NCBI GenBank assembly: GCA_009781115.1
Contig: WQYT01000002.1
Location: 1-54,581, forward strand
From: Coriobacteriia bacterium
GTDB taxonomy: Bacteria; Actinomycetota; Coriobacteriia; WRKU01; WQUG01
Length of the DNA: 54,581 bases
Direction: 5' to 3'
Part shown: piece after piece, positions 36,936 to 45,995 of the stretch
Position numbering within the stretch: the stretch's first letter is position 1
Layout of the letters: each line of letters starts with the position of its first letter
Program-made: the position numbers and the translations under genes
Notes under the pieces: model-generated
The model's database searches: none
Told to the model about the DNA's origin: nothing
Seen by the model: the letters and a program-made list of their open reading frames with translations, nothing else

Positions 36936-38186
36936 TTACTCCACATGGGCGTCACTGCCTAACTCGAAGGCCGCATGCAGGACCCGCACTGCCGCCGCCT
37001 CATGGATGCCAGCAATCAGCACCGAGATCGTACTGTGAGAGTCCGCTACCTGGAAGATATCAATACTCGCCTCTTCCAGGGCGCTCGCAATCCGAGCCAT
37101 AACGCCCGGCACCCCGTGCATGCCCGCGCCAATGACCGTTGCCATCGCCAGCGAGTCCTGGCGCCTGAAACACAGGCCCAGCTCACTCAGAACCGCTTCG
37201 ACCGCGACGCTATCAGCGCGCTTGACCGTGAAGTACAACTTCTCGCCTGCCGGCGTGAACAGGTCGAGTGAAACATCCGCGTCGGCCAGTTGTCGGTAGA
37301 TGCTTGCCTGCGTATGCAGATGGCAGTCGGCGCCCTCGCCGTCCCCCAGCTCGACGGTGAAGCGGGCGACGTCGCTCGTGCTTGCGACGGCGGTGGCCAG
37401 AGCGCCCGGACGGTAGGCGGCGATGTCTGCCACGCGCGTGCCAGGATGGTCGCTGTAGGTGTTTTTCACGAGCAGGCTCACGCCGCTTGCGAGCGCCAGT
37501 TCCGCTGCTGGCGTGTGGACGACCTTCGAGCCACGCTGGGCCATCTGGAAGAGCTCGTCGGCCCGTATCGTATCGATGACGACAGCGGCGGGCGCCTGGC
37601 GGGGGTCAGCGGTCATCACGCCGTCAACGTCAGTGTAGATGACCACCGCTTCTGCCTGAAGCGCTACGCCCAGCGCCGAGGCCGTCGTATCGCTGCCGCC
37701 GCGGCCCAGCGTGGTCAGGCGCCCGGAGGGCGCCATGCCCTGAAAGCCGCAGACCACGGGCACGCAGGCGCGCGCGCAGCGTGACTGCAGCGGCGCTGTC
37801 ATAATCGACTGAATAGCCGCCATGCCAAAATTTTCATCAGTCAGAATGCCTGCGGCCGCCCCGGTCAGGGCCTCGGCCTCAATACCGCGCGCGCGCAGCT
37901 GCGCGGCAACGACCACAGCCGAGATGACCTCGCCGCAGCTGGCGAGCAGGTCGCGCTCCGCAGGCGTCAGCGCCTCAGGAGCGACCAGGTCGAGCAGTGT
38001 GTCGGTCGCATAAGGGTCGCCGCGCCGCCCCATGGCAGAAACGACGATGACCGGCGCTTTGCCCGCGGCGCGTTGCTCACGCACGCGCTCGCAGAGCGCC
38101 GCCCGGCCCGCAGTGCTTCCCACTGAGGTGCCGCCAAATTTCAGGATGACGATTGGTTTTTCTTCAGACAAGTTTTCTCCTGTCAC
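36936..38186 (-). CDS. lysC: Aspartate kinase
   Basis: VILKFGGTSVG, VVSAMG, GRGGSDTTA, and C-terminal ACT domains. Confidence 0.92.
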   Translation of the reverse strand: MTGENLSEEKPIVILKFGGTSVGSTAGRAALCERVREQRAAGKAPVIVVSAMGRRGDPYATDTLLDLVAPEALTPAERDLLASCGEVISAVVVAAQLRARGIEAEALTGAAAGILTDENFGMAAIQSIMTAPLQSRCARACVPVVCGFQGMAPSGRLTTLGRGGSDTTASALGVALQAEAVVIYTDVDGVMTADPRQAPAAVVIDTIRADELFQMAQRGSKVVHTPAAELALASGVSLLVKNTYSDHPGTRVADIAAYRPGALATAVASTSDVARFTVELGDGEGADCHLHTQASIYRQLADADVSLDLFTPAGEKLYFTVKRADSVAVEAVLSELGLCFRRQDSLAMATVIGAGMHGVPGVMARIASALEEASIDIFQVADSHSTISVLIAGIHEAAAVRVLHAAFELGSDAHVE

Positions 38187-38198
38187 TCAGTAAAGAGG

Positions 38199-39005
38199 CT
38201 ACAGCTCTATCAGGTTCTCAAGGCCCACAATGAGCCCTGAGCGCTCTGTGACTGCCCGACACGCCGCCAGGACCCCGGGCATGAAGCTCACGCGATCGAG
38301 TGAGTCGTGACGCAGGGTAAGCGTTTGTCCCGGCGCGCCAAAGATGACCTCCTCGTGGGCCACCAGACCCGGCAGGCGCACCGAATGCACGACGATGTCT
38401 GCTGAACGGGCGCCGCGGGCGCCGGGGTATCCGGCGAGCTCAGACTCGGAGCCCGGTGCGCCGAGCGCAGTGGCGCCCGCCTTCTCGCGCGCTTCTGCAA
38501 TGAGTTCTGCCGTGCGGATCGCCGTACCGGAGGGCGCGTCTTTTTTCTGGTTGTGATGAAGCTCGATGATCTCGACATCAGGCATCCAGCGCGCCGCGCG
38601 CGCGGCCAGCTGCATGAGCAGCACCGCGCCGATGGCAAAGTTTGGCGCCACAAACAGGCAGGTCCCCTCCGGGATCTCTTTTGCCAGGGCTTCAAGCGTT
38701 GCTGCGGACAGCCCGGTCGTGCCGACCACACAGTCAACGCCTGCTGCCAGCGCCGTGCGAATGTTGGCTTCAACTGAAGCCGGCGCCGTGAAGTCAACCA
38801 TGACGTCGGGATGGGTTTTTGCCAGGGCCTCTGTTGCGCTGTCGTACCATGGGGCCTGTGTTGCAACTGGGTCTGCCGGGCTTGCGCCTGTGACGCGATC
38901 GATGCAGGCTACCAGTTCAAGATCGTCAGCGCCTGCAAGGGCCTCGCGACAGGCGGTACCCATGCGGCCAGCCGCGCCGGCCAATGCGATTTTTTTTGTT
39001 ATCAT
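38199..39005 (-). CDS. dapB: 4-hydroxy-tetrahydrodipicolinate reductase
   Basis: GAAGRMG, ELHHNQKKDAPSGTA. Confidence 0.92.
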   Translation of the reverse strand: MITKKIALAGAAGRMGTACREALAGADDLELVACIDRVTGASPADPVATQAPWYDSATEALAKTHPDVMVDFTAPASVEANIRTALAAGVDCVVGTTGLSAATLEALAKEIPEGTCLFVAPNFAIGAVLLMQLAARAARWMPDVEIIELHHNQKKDAPSGTAIRTAELIAEAREKAGATALGAPGSESELAGYPGARGARSADIVVHSVRLPGLVAHEEVIFGAPGQTLTLRHDSLDRVSFMPGVLAACRAVTERSGLIVGLENLIEL

Positions 39006-39036
39006 AGCGCGCTCCCTTTCTCTTACCTACTTAAAA

Positions 39037-39178
39037 ATTGCTGGATTGCCGCGGTCGGTCTGCGACCTCTCTCGCAATGGCGACATTGCTGGATTGCCGC
39101 GTCGCTACGCTCCTCGCAATGACAATCCGATTGCTGGATTGTCGCGGTCGGCCTGCGGCCTCCCTTGCTGTGACAACC
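39037..39178. repeat. Three tandem units (45-49 bp) of ATTGCTGGATTGCCGCG..N..CTCGCAATGAC
   Basis: The units are at 39037-39084, 39085-39129 and 39130-39178. Each is internally palindromic (ATTGC..GCAAT). The + frame translates to ..AGLPRRYAPRNDNPIAGL... The units are contiguous with no unique spacers. Confidence 0.85.
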
Positions 39179-39199
39179 AGTGTGGTCACGATGATCGCA

Positions 39200-40447
39200 T
39201 CAGAGCTCAAAACTCTGTTGGGCAAAGGGCCCAACCACGGCAAGGGTGCGAGGTAGCGCGCCCAGTTCCGCCATCACCGCGGCAATGTCACCTGCGGTCA
39301 CGGCATCATAGCGTGCCAGCAGATCGTCAAAGCCGAGCTGCGGCGTTCCAAAAAGCTCGTTTTGTGCGAGCGCTATCATGCGTTTCGAGGTTGACTCAAG
39401 CGACAGCGCCAGAGCGCCTTTGGCTGACTGGCGCGCCAGCTCCAGCTCACCTGCGCTGACCGGTTCTGCCGCTATTTTGTCAAACTCGCGTGCCATGAGC
39501 TCGCACACGTGCTCAGCATTTTCCGGGCGCGTGCCGGAGTAGAGCGCAAAGAGCCCGCTGTCCTGGTAGAGCTGCGGCATCGAGTAGGTCGCATACACGA
39601 GGCCCTCTTTTTCCCGGATCTCCTGGAACAGGCGCGAGCTCATCGTGCCGCCCAAGATGTTGTTTCCCAGCGCCAGGGCAAACCGGCGCTCATCGGCGCC
39701 GTCCATTGCGGTCGTACCCAAATATATCTGTGCCTGCTCAGTATCTTTTTGTTTGAATGCGCGCGCGGGAGCTGCCAGCTGCCCGGCGCCGCTGCGCGCA
39801 GGCGTCGTATCCGCGTCTGGTAAATCAGCCAGGTAGCGCTGCGCCAGCTCGACCAGGCGCTCATGCTCAAGGTTGCCCGCCGCAGCGACGATGCAGTTTG
39901 TCGTGCCATAGTGGCGGCTGCGGAAGTCAACGGCTGCTTCATGGCCAAAACCGCCGACGATCTCGCGCGTGCCGGCGATTGGCAGGCCCAGCGGATGATC
40001 GGGCCAAAGCGTGAGCGTAAAGAGTTCGCTTGCCACGTCATCAGGGTCGTCTTCGCCGCGCGCAATCTCTTCAATGATGACCTGACGCTCCAGCTCGCAC
40101 TGATCCTGGGCCAGGTTGGCGTGGCAGACCATGTCGCCCAAAAGGTCAAAGACACCCTCAAGTGATTCATCCAGAAAGTTTGCAAAGTAGCAGGTATACT
40201 CCTTGCTGGTAAAGGCGTTTTGCTGCGCGCCCTGAGCGTCGAAAGCCTCGGAGAGCTGGCGCGCGTCGCGCGTGGGAGTACCCTTAAACATCATGTGCTC
40301 CATAAAGTGCGACATCCCCGCCTCAGCCGGAACCTCATCGCGCGAGCCGACCTTAAACCAGATTCCCAGCGCCACCGACCGCACCGAGTCCATCCGCTCA
40401 CTTAGGATAGTCATACCATTAGGCAACACTGTTTTTTCACACGTCAC
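39200..40447 (-). CDS. M16 family zinc peptidase (insulinase/PepR-like)
   Basis: HFMEHMMFKGT (HxxEH motif), 415 aa. It occupies the actinobacterial position between pnp and dapB. Confidence 0.88.
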   Translation of the reverse strand: MTCEKTVLPNGMTILSERMDSVRSVALGIWFKVGSRDEVPAEAGMSHFMEHMMFKGTPTRDARQLSEAFDAQGAQQNAFTSKEYTCYFANFLDESLEGVFDLLGDMVCHANLAQDQCELERQVIIEEIARGEDDPDDVASELFTLTLWPDHPLGLPIAGTREIVGGFGHEAAVDFRSRHYGTTNCIVAAAGNLEHERLVELAQRYLADLPDADTTPARSGAGQLAAPARAFKQKDTEQAQIYLGTTAMDGADERRFALALGNNILGGTMSSRLFQEIREKEGLVYATYSMPQLYQDSGLFALYSGTRPENAEHVCELMAREFDKIAAEPVSAGELELARQSAKGALALSLESTSKRMIALAQNELFGTPQLGFDDLLARYDAVTAGDIAAVMAELGALPRTLAVVGPFAQQSFEL

Positions 40448-40501
40448 TGTTTCTCCTTACTGATGCCAAAAGGCGCCCGGCGCCGTTCACCACAACCCTT
40501 T

Positions 40502-40664
40502 GCCAGCCCAGGCGCGCCGGGTCGTCGCGCCCTACAGGGATCTTACCAACCAGAACGTTTACCAGCTGCCGCCAGTATGGGTATGCTGGCGTCAGCTGGT
40601 TTTCTCCTCATAAGCAACGGCTCGTAGGGCGCGACGACCCGGCGCGCCTCTGCTCGGGCTGGCA
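40502..40664. repeat. Long-hairpin REP/MITE-like element, copy C (most complete)
   Basis: The left arm GCCAGCCC-AGGCGCGCCGGGTCGTCGCGCCCTACAG (core 40511-40537) pairs with CGTAGGGCGCGACGACCCGGCGCGCC..GGGCTGGC (40623-40664). An inner hairpin CCAGCTGCCGCCAGTAT/ATGCTGGCGTCAGCTGG is also present. Confidence 0.85.
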
Positions 40665-40716
40665 AAGCCTGGAACACAAAGGAACCGTCCCTTCGCATGC
40701 TTCTCCCTCTGCGCTC

Positions 40717-40908
40717 CTATTCCTTTTTCAAGTCTGCGCACGAATCAATCGGCTGGTTGCACGTGCCGCCGTAGGGGCAACCCAGACAGCCAGCTTGCGT
40801 CTTGCGTCTCCGCTGCTTTATTATCGCACGCAAGGCCAGTGCCACCGCAAGTAAAACCAGAAGCGTCAGGCTTATGTTGAGCAGCCAGACCTCAATCGCA
40901 TGGTTCAT
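40717..40908 (-). CDS. FeoB-associated Cys-rich small membrane protein
   Basis: 63 aa with one TM segment, then a basic stretch and CLGCPYGGTC..C. Its ATG overlaps the feoB stop (ATGA). Confidence 0.75.
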   Translation of the reverse strand: MNHAIEVWLLNISLTLLVLLAVALALRAIIKQRRRKTQAGCLGCPYGGTCNQPIDSCADLKKE

Positions 40909-43127
40909 GACAAAAATACCCCTGGGGTAATTTTGTCATCGACGTCCTTCCGGCCTCTGCGCGCGGTCGGGCGCAGCAGCGCGAACAGCACGCCAGCCAG
41001 CACCACCACAGCAGCCACGGTCCCTGCGCTGATGCGCCCCGTCACAGCCAGCATCCCAAACTGATAGATCATAAGCGCAACCGCATACGACCAGCCCAGT
41101 TGATAGGCCAGCGTAAAGAGCGCCCAACTGCGCGACCTCATCTCGCTGATCATCGTCGAGACGGCCACCACGCAGGGGATGCAGAGCAGGTTAAACGCCA
41201 TAAACGCATAGCCCGCCAGCTTCTGGCCACCAAAGAGCGCCAGGACCGTGGGCGCGCCTGCGCCGTGGCCCCCCGCGGGCGCCGAGGTCAAAATCCCGAT
41301 GACGCTTACGATCTGCTCTTTGGCCGTCAGCCCCAGAAGCGAGGCGATGGCCGCCTTCCAGTTCCCAAAGCCCAGCGGCATAAACACCCACGCAAACAGA
41401 TCGCCGATGCGGGCAACCAGGCTGTGATCAAGGCTGCTCACCATCCCGAAGCTACCGGCCTCAAAGCCAAAGCGCGAGAGGAACCAGACCACGATGCTCA
41501 GCAGCAGGATGATCGTAAAGGCCTTCTTCACAAACGAGGAGATACGGTCCCAGACGCTTAAGCCCACGTTGCGCGCGGTCGGCCAGTGATAGGCCGGCAG
41601 CTCCAGCACAAAGGGCGACACCTTTGATTTGAAGCGTTTGAGTTTCTTCAGTATCAGGCCGGAGAGCACCACCGAGGCGATGCCCAGGAAGTACGCCGAG
41701 GGCGCCACCCACCACACGCCGCCAAAGACCACGCCCGCGATCAGCGCTATCAACGGCAGCTTGGCCGAACACGGCATGAAGGTCGCCGTCAGAATCGTCA
41801 TGCGGCGCTCGCTTTCCTCATCAATTGTGCGCGCTGACATGATCGCCGGCACGCCGCAACCCGTCGATATCAACAACGGGATGAAACTGCGCCCCGACAG
41901 GCCGAAGCGCCGAAACACCCGGTCCAGCAAAAACGCGATGCGCGACATATAGCCGCAGTCCTCAAGCAGCGCGAGCAGCAGGAACAGCACAATCATCTGC
42001 GGGATGAAACTGATGACCGCGCCCACGCCACCGATGATGCCGTCAACAATCAGGCCGCGCAACCACAGCGCCGCGCCACCGCGGGTCAGCACGCTTGCAA
42101 GCGGCGCCTGAATCCAGTGCGCGATGAAGGTGTGGTTCATGAAGTTCGTGACGACCCCGCCAATCAGCGTCACCGACACGTAATAGATCGCAAATATCAG
42201 CACCGCAAAGATCGGCAGGCCCAGGATGCGACTCGTCACCACAGCGTCGATCTTCTCAGAACCCGATCGCTCTTCGACGGTACGGCGCACGGTGCGCGCC
42301 ACCACCCGCTCGACAAAGTCGTAGCTTTCGCCGGTGATGATCGAAGGCGCGGTGTCGTCAAGTTGGGCCTCGCAGCCCGCAACGATCCCCTCGATGCGCG
42401 CAAGCAGCGCCCGGTGCGCCTCGTAGTCGGACAGCTGGCGATGCTCGCCGTCAAGGGCCGCGCCCGCCCAGATGCGCGCGTCGCGCTCGAAGAACTTGAT
42501 GGTGTACCAGCGCAGATGCTCCGGCGGCACCGCCCCGTAGATGATTTTTGCAATCTTTGAGAGCGCGTCTTCAACCCGCGAGGAAAACTTGCGATTGAAA
42601 AACGGAGGGATGCCCTCGTCTGCGGCTGCAAAAGCTTGCTGCAGAAGCTGCTCCAGACCCGCGTGGCGCAAGGCCGAGATCTCGACGATCGGGCAGCCAA
42701 GCTCTGCAGAAAGCGCCGCGACGTCAACCTCATCGCCGCGTTTGCGCATGATGTCGGTCATGTTCAGCGCGATGACCTGAGGGATCCCCATGTCAAGAAG
42801 CTGGGTCGAGAGGTAGAGATTGCGTTCGATGTTGGTGGCGTCGATGATGTTGATGATGACGTCTGGTTCTTCGATGATCAGGTAGTCGCGAGTCACAACC
42901 TCTTCTGAGGTATAGGGCGCCAGCGAATAGACGCCCGGCAGGTCGATGATGGCCGCCTCACGACCGTCTGTCCGGACCCGCCCCTCCTTCTTTTCGACCG
43001 TCACGCCCGGCCAGTTGCCCACATGCTGCGCAGAACCGGTCAGCGCGTTAAAGAGCGTGGTTTTTCCACTGTTGGGGTTGCCGACCAGCGCGATCTTGAG
43101 TGGAGTGTTCAAGGGGGTCGGCGTCAC
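40905..43127 (-). CDS. feoB: Ferrous iron transporter FeoB
   Basis: N-terminal G domain (GNPNSGKTTLFN, DLPG) followed by a polytopic permease; 740 aa. Confidence 0.95.
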   Translation of the reverse strand: MTPTPLNTPLKIALVGNPNSGKTTLFNALTGSAQHVGNWPGVTVEKKEGRVRTDGREAAIIDLPGVYSLAPYTSEEVVTRDYLIIEEPDVIINIIDATNIERNLYLSTQLLDMGIPQVIALNMTDIMRKRGDEVDVAALSAELGCPIVEISALRHAGLEQLLQQAFAAADEGIPPFFNRKFSSRVEDALSKIAKIIYGAVPPEHLRWYTIKFFERDARIWAGAALDGEHRQLSDYEAHRALLARIEGIVAGCEAQLDDTAPSIITGESYDFVERVVARTVRRTVEERSGSEKIDAVVTSRILGLPIFAVLIFAIYYVSVTLIGGVVTNFMNHTFIAHWIQAPLASVLTRGGAALWLRGLIVDGIIGGVGAVISFIPQMIVLFLLLALLEDCGYMSRIAFLLDRVFRRFGLSGRSFIPLLISTGCGVPAIMSARTIDEESERRMTILTATFMPCSAKLPLIALIAGVVFGGVWWVAPSAYFLGIASVVLSGLILKKLKRFKSKVSPFVLELPAYHWPTARNVGLSVWDRISSFVKKAFTIILLLSIVVWFLSRFGFEAGSFGMVSSLDHSLVARIGDLFAWVFMPLGFGNWKAAIASLLGLTAKEQIVSVIGILTSAPAGGHGAGAPTVLALFGGQKLAGYAFMAFNLLCIPCVVAVSTMISEMRSRSWALFTLAYQLGWSYAVALMIYQFGMLAVTGRISAGTVAAVVVLAGVLFALLRPTARRGRKDVDDKITPGVFLS
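40908..40938. repeat. 31-bp palindrome TGACAAAAATACCCCTGGGGTAATTTTGTCA forming the last 11 codons of feoB
   Basis: One mismatch from a perfect palindrome and near-identical to 2272-2302. Its last base is the A of the downstream ATG. Confidence 0.9.
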
Positions 43128-43140
43128 TGCTCCTCTCCTC

Positions 43141-43362
43141 TCACTGAACTTCTATCAGTGCGGCGTCCGCCTTGCGCAGGGATAGCTGATAGCCGCGGAC
43201 TTTGATCTCAATCGGGTCGCCGAGCGGAGCCGCTTTGCGCACCTTGACCAGGCAACCTTTCGTGATCCCCATATCCAGGATGCGACGCTGCAAAGCGCCC
43301 TCCCCACGCACACGCAGAACCCGCGCGCTGCTTCCTATGGGTATATCTTTGAGTGTTGTCAC
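43141..43362 (-). CDS. feoA: FeoA family iron transport protein
   Basis: 73-aa SH3-like protein (RRILDMGITKG..V..APLGDPIEIKVRGY). GTG start preceded by GGGAG. Confidence 0.88.
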   Translation of the reverse strand: MTTLKDIPIGSSARVLRVRGEGALQRRILDMGITKGCLVKVRKAAPLGDPIEIKVRGYQLSLRKADAALIEVQ

Positions 43363-43377
43363 TCTGCTCCCGCCTCT

Positions 43378-43430
43378 GGTTAGCCGCTGCTAACTCTGTC
43401 TGCCGTATACGAGTTTGCCACGGCTAACTC
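43378..43430 (-). promoter_or_regulatory. Two related palindromic boxes (GAGTTAGC-N4-GCWAAC) between a TTGACT -35-like hexamer and the feoA RBS; candidate metalloregulator operators
   Basis: Read on the minus strand: GAGTTAGCCGTGGCAAACTC (43430-43411, 16/20 self-complementary) and GAGTTAGCAGCGGCTAACC (43396-43378). The GTTAGC/GCTAAC half-sites resemble DtxR/IdeR half-sites but have different spacing. TTGACT lies at 43440-43435. Confidence 0.35.
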
Positions 43431-43499
43431 ATGAAGTCAAGTGCCCACACCTGACACTCCCGTTACATTTTTTCAGCAAGCACCTATCTGACTTCCTCC

Positions 43500-43528
43500 G
43501 TGACAATCACCCCAGGGGTGATTGTCAC
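43500..43528. repeat. Perfect 29-bp palindrome GTGACAATCACCCCAGGGGTGATTGTCAC
   Basis: 14+1+14 perfect inverted repeat with the same TGACAA..ACCCC-N-GGGGT..TTGTCA architecture as 2272-2302. It lies 63 nt 3' of the fic gene and 138 nt 5' of feoA. Confidence 0.85.
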
Positions 43529-43590
43529 GTATCATGAACATGATGCGAGTCTGTATCTGCGAATACGGCACCACATTGGGCACTATGTCA

Positions 43591-44553
43591 TCAGAAAGAT
43601 TTATCCAACATGTTCATTACCAGTGCGCACATCAGGTCTTTCTCCATCGGATGGCTCAAGGCGATCATCAGAGTAATAGCCGCGAGCGCGTTGCTTTCGA
43701 TCGTGGGCGTTCCATCCGCCTTTTGTAGCAAGTCATTTTTATCCAGGAAGTACACGAAAAGCCCTGCCGCTGAGCGCTTGTTGCCATCAGCAAACGGGTG
43801 ATCCTTAATTACCAGATACAGCAGGTTCGCGGCCTTTTCCTGCGCCGTCGAGTAGAGATCTTGCCCATCAAACGACTGATACAGAGCGCCCAGGATTCCC
43901 TTAAAGGCGTCACCACGCTCCTGCCCAAAAAGATCACTACCCTGCCCAAATGGCAACGCATCAATAAAAGCGCGCGCCTCAGCATATGTAAGCTCCCAGT
44001 CCGCATGATGGCCTTTAGGAGCAGTCAGCGTCTTATTGTCATAAGCCTCAAGCAGAGTGAGACCGGAAAGATACCGCTGCACCAGTTCTGCAATACCTGC
44101 TGTTTCCGGCTCAAGAGCACGCGTTGCAATGCTCAGCACCTGATTGAGCTGGTCCAGGCGCTGCTGATTGATCGTGTAACCTTGCACCAGATGATTATTA
44201 AGTACGCGGGTCGCCCACTGGCGAAATTGAGTACCTTGCAGCGATTTCACTCGATAGCCAACCGAGATAATTACATCAAGGTTATAATAATCTACTTGAT
44301 AAGTTTTCCCATCCGCCGCAGTTGTTGCAAAATTTGCAACAACTGAATTCTGTTCAAGCTCCCCTTCATTAAACACATTCTTGATGTGACGCGAAATGGT
44401 CGATTTGTCACGCTCAAACAGAGTGGACAACTGGTCGAGAGTCAACCAGACCGTCTCCTCTTCCAGTTGTACGGCAAGTTCGACGCCGTTGGCGCCGGTG
44501 TAGATTTCGATCTCTTTGTTTACAGACTGTGCCTTTGATGTTGGTTGCTGCAT
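43591..44553 (-). CDS. RhuM-family protein with a C-terminal Fic/Doc domain (Doc-type HPFADGNKR motif)
   Basis: The N-terminus WLTLDQLSTLFERDKSTISRHIKNVF..YNLDVIISVGYRVKS is RhuM-like. The C-terminus is KDHPFADGNKRSAAGLF. The region has visibly lower GC. Confidence 0.8.
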   Translation of the reverse strand: MQQPTSKAQSVNKEIEIYTGANGVELAVQLEEETVWLTLDQLSTLFERDKSTISRHIKNVFNEGELEQNSVVANFATTAADGKTYQVDYYNLDVIISVGYRVKSLQGTQFRQWATRVLNNHLVQGYTINQQRLDQLNQVLSIATRALEPETAGIAELVQRYLSGLTLLEAYDNKTLTAPKGHHADWELTYAEARAFIDALPFGQGSDLFGQERGDAFKGILGALYQSFDGQDLYSTAQEKAANLLYLVIKDHPFADGNKRSAAGLFVYFLDKNDLLQKADGTPTIESNALAAITLMIALSHPMEKDLMCALVMNMLDKSF

Positions 44554-44865
44554 GATGCACCATCCTTCATAACGTGGTGCGACTCTCGGAATAACTGCCA
44601 GCTACCCTAGTCTTACGACCCCTGGCAAGCCGCTTTCAATTTCAGTACCCATTATAGCCGAGGGGTCAGACATTACCGAAACAGATACCCCATGGAACTT
44701 GCATCTACTCATTTGCTCCAGCGTGAGGTAAAAATCATCCAAGAACCAGACTGATGCACTACAATCTTCTCCCCGTATGCTTGACAGACACACCACTAAT
44801 AACACAAAATTATAGAAGATTATAAGAGTACAAAAGAAATTATAAATAAGCAAAGGACAAAGCCG

Positions 44866-45966
44866 GTGACCAATAGCAACACCTTTCTTCCTACCTTTGG
44901 CAACAAGCCAAAACATATCATTGGGCGTAGTGGGATTACTGCCGACTTTCTGGAAGGGCTCTCGCTTCCCATTGGCCATCGCCAACGAGCCACCATGCTC
45001 ATAGGCCAAAGAGGCACGGGCAAAACCACCCTCTTATTGGAATTTGCTGACCTTGCGCAACAGGCAGGGTTTGTGCCCGCGCGCGTAACGGCAAACGACG
45101 AAATGCTCGATGAGATTATCCAGCTGATTCAAATTAACGGTTCTCATTTTGTGCCTGCTGAAAAACCTAAAATCAAAGGCGTTTCTGCCGGCGCAATGGG
45201 TTTTTCGCTCGGCCTGACCTTTACTGAAGAAGCGAAAACCCAGTTTGGACCTCGTATAAAACTTAGTCTGCTCTGTGATGAGCTTGCAAAACACAACAAA
45301 GGAATCCTCATTTTGGTAGATGAGGTGCAGCCAAACGCCCCTGCGATACGCACATTAGCTACAACCTACCAACACCTTGTAGGAGAGAACAAGAATATCG
45401 CCCTCGTGATGGCGGGGCTGCCTACCTCCATGTCAGCCGTGCTCAATGACGATATACTCACATTTTTGAATCGCGCCTACAAGGTTTACCTTGAGCCGCT
45501 TCCGTTGGGCGAGATCAGCGTTGCCTACGCCACAGAGTTTGAAAAGCAGGGAAAGACAATCGCCTCGGAGGTTTTAGAGGAGGCTGCGCTGGCCACTAAG
45601 GGCTACCCGTATCTGTATCAGCTCATCGGGTATTACATTCTTGGCTTTGCGCAAAACGCTGACACAATCACAGAAGAAATCGTCAGGCGGGCTATCAGCA
45701 CATCTAAGCGCGAGATGATCGAAAGCATCTTCGCCGCTGCGCTCAAGCCGCTTTCTGCGCGTGATAAGGAGTTTTTGGAAGCGATGTCAAAAGACCAGGA
45801 TGCCAGCAAAATCTCCGATATCAGTGAGCGTATGGGCGTCAGCAGGACTTACGCGCAAAGCTATCGCTTACGACTGATCGAGTCTGGCGTTATTGCACCT
45901 GTCGCGCGCGGGGAACTGAGCTTCGAAATCCCCTACCTGGGCGAGTACCTCCGCGGTGAATTTTGA
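44866..45966 (+). CDS. AAA/P-loop ATPase (archaeal-ATPase/ORC-like) with a C-terminal winged-helix domain
   Basis: GTG start after AAAGGA. Walker A GQRGTGKTT, Walker B ILILVDEVQ, C-terminal LSARDKEFLEAMSKD..ISERMGVSRTYAQSYRLRLIESGVI. Low GC. Divergent from the fic gene. Confidence 0.7.
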   Translation: MTNSNTFLPTFGNKPKHIIGRSGITADFLEGLSLPIGHRQRATMLIGQRGTGKTTLLLEFADLAQQAGFVPARVTANDEMLDEIIQLIQINGSHFVPAEKPKIKGVSAGAMGFSLGLTFTEEAKTQFGPRIKLSLLCDELAKHNKGILILVDEVQPNAPAIRTLATTYQHLVGENKNIALVMAGLPTSMSAVLNDDILTFLNRAYKVYLEPLPLGEISVAYATEFEKQGKTIASEVLEEAALATKGYPYLYQLIGYYILGFAQNADTITEEIVRRAISTSKREMIESIFAAALKPLSARDKEFLEAMSKDQDASKISDISERMGVSRTYAQSYRLRLIESGVIAPVARGELSFEIPYLGEYLRGEF

Positions 45967-45995
45967 GGCAAGCCTTAAGCTCGCGCACGCTACTT

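Noticed and set aside
39037-39178. Possible CRISPR array (three regularly spaced repeats)
   Set aside because: The units are contiguous with no unique spacers between them. There are only three copies, they are imperfect, and no cas genes are present. I treat them as a tandem intergenic repeat.
38566-39459. 297-aa plus-strand ORF spanning dapB, the repeat array and the M16 gene end
   Set aside because: It is antisense to two solid genes, and its middle is simply the translated repeat array (PRRYAPRND..). It is not a real gene.
44602-45009. 135-aa minus-strand ORF in the fic / ATPase divergent spacer with a hydrophobic stretch
   Set aside because: It overlaps the ATPase start by 144 nt on the opposite strand. 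Its hydrophobicity is explained by AT-rich sequence, and it has no RBS or motif support.
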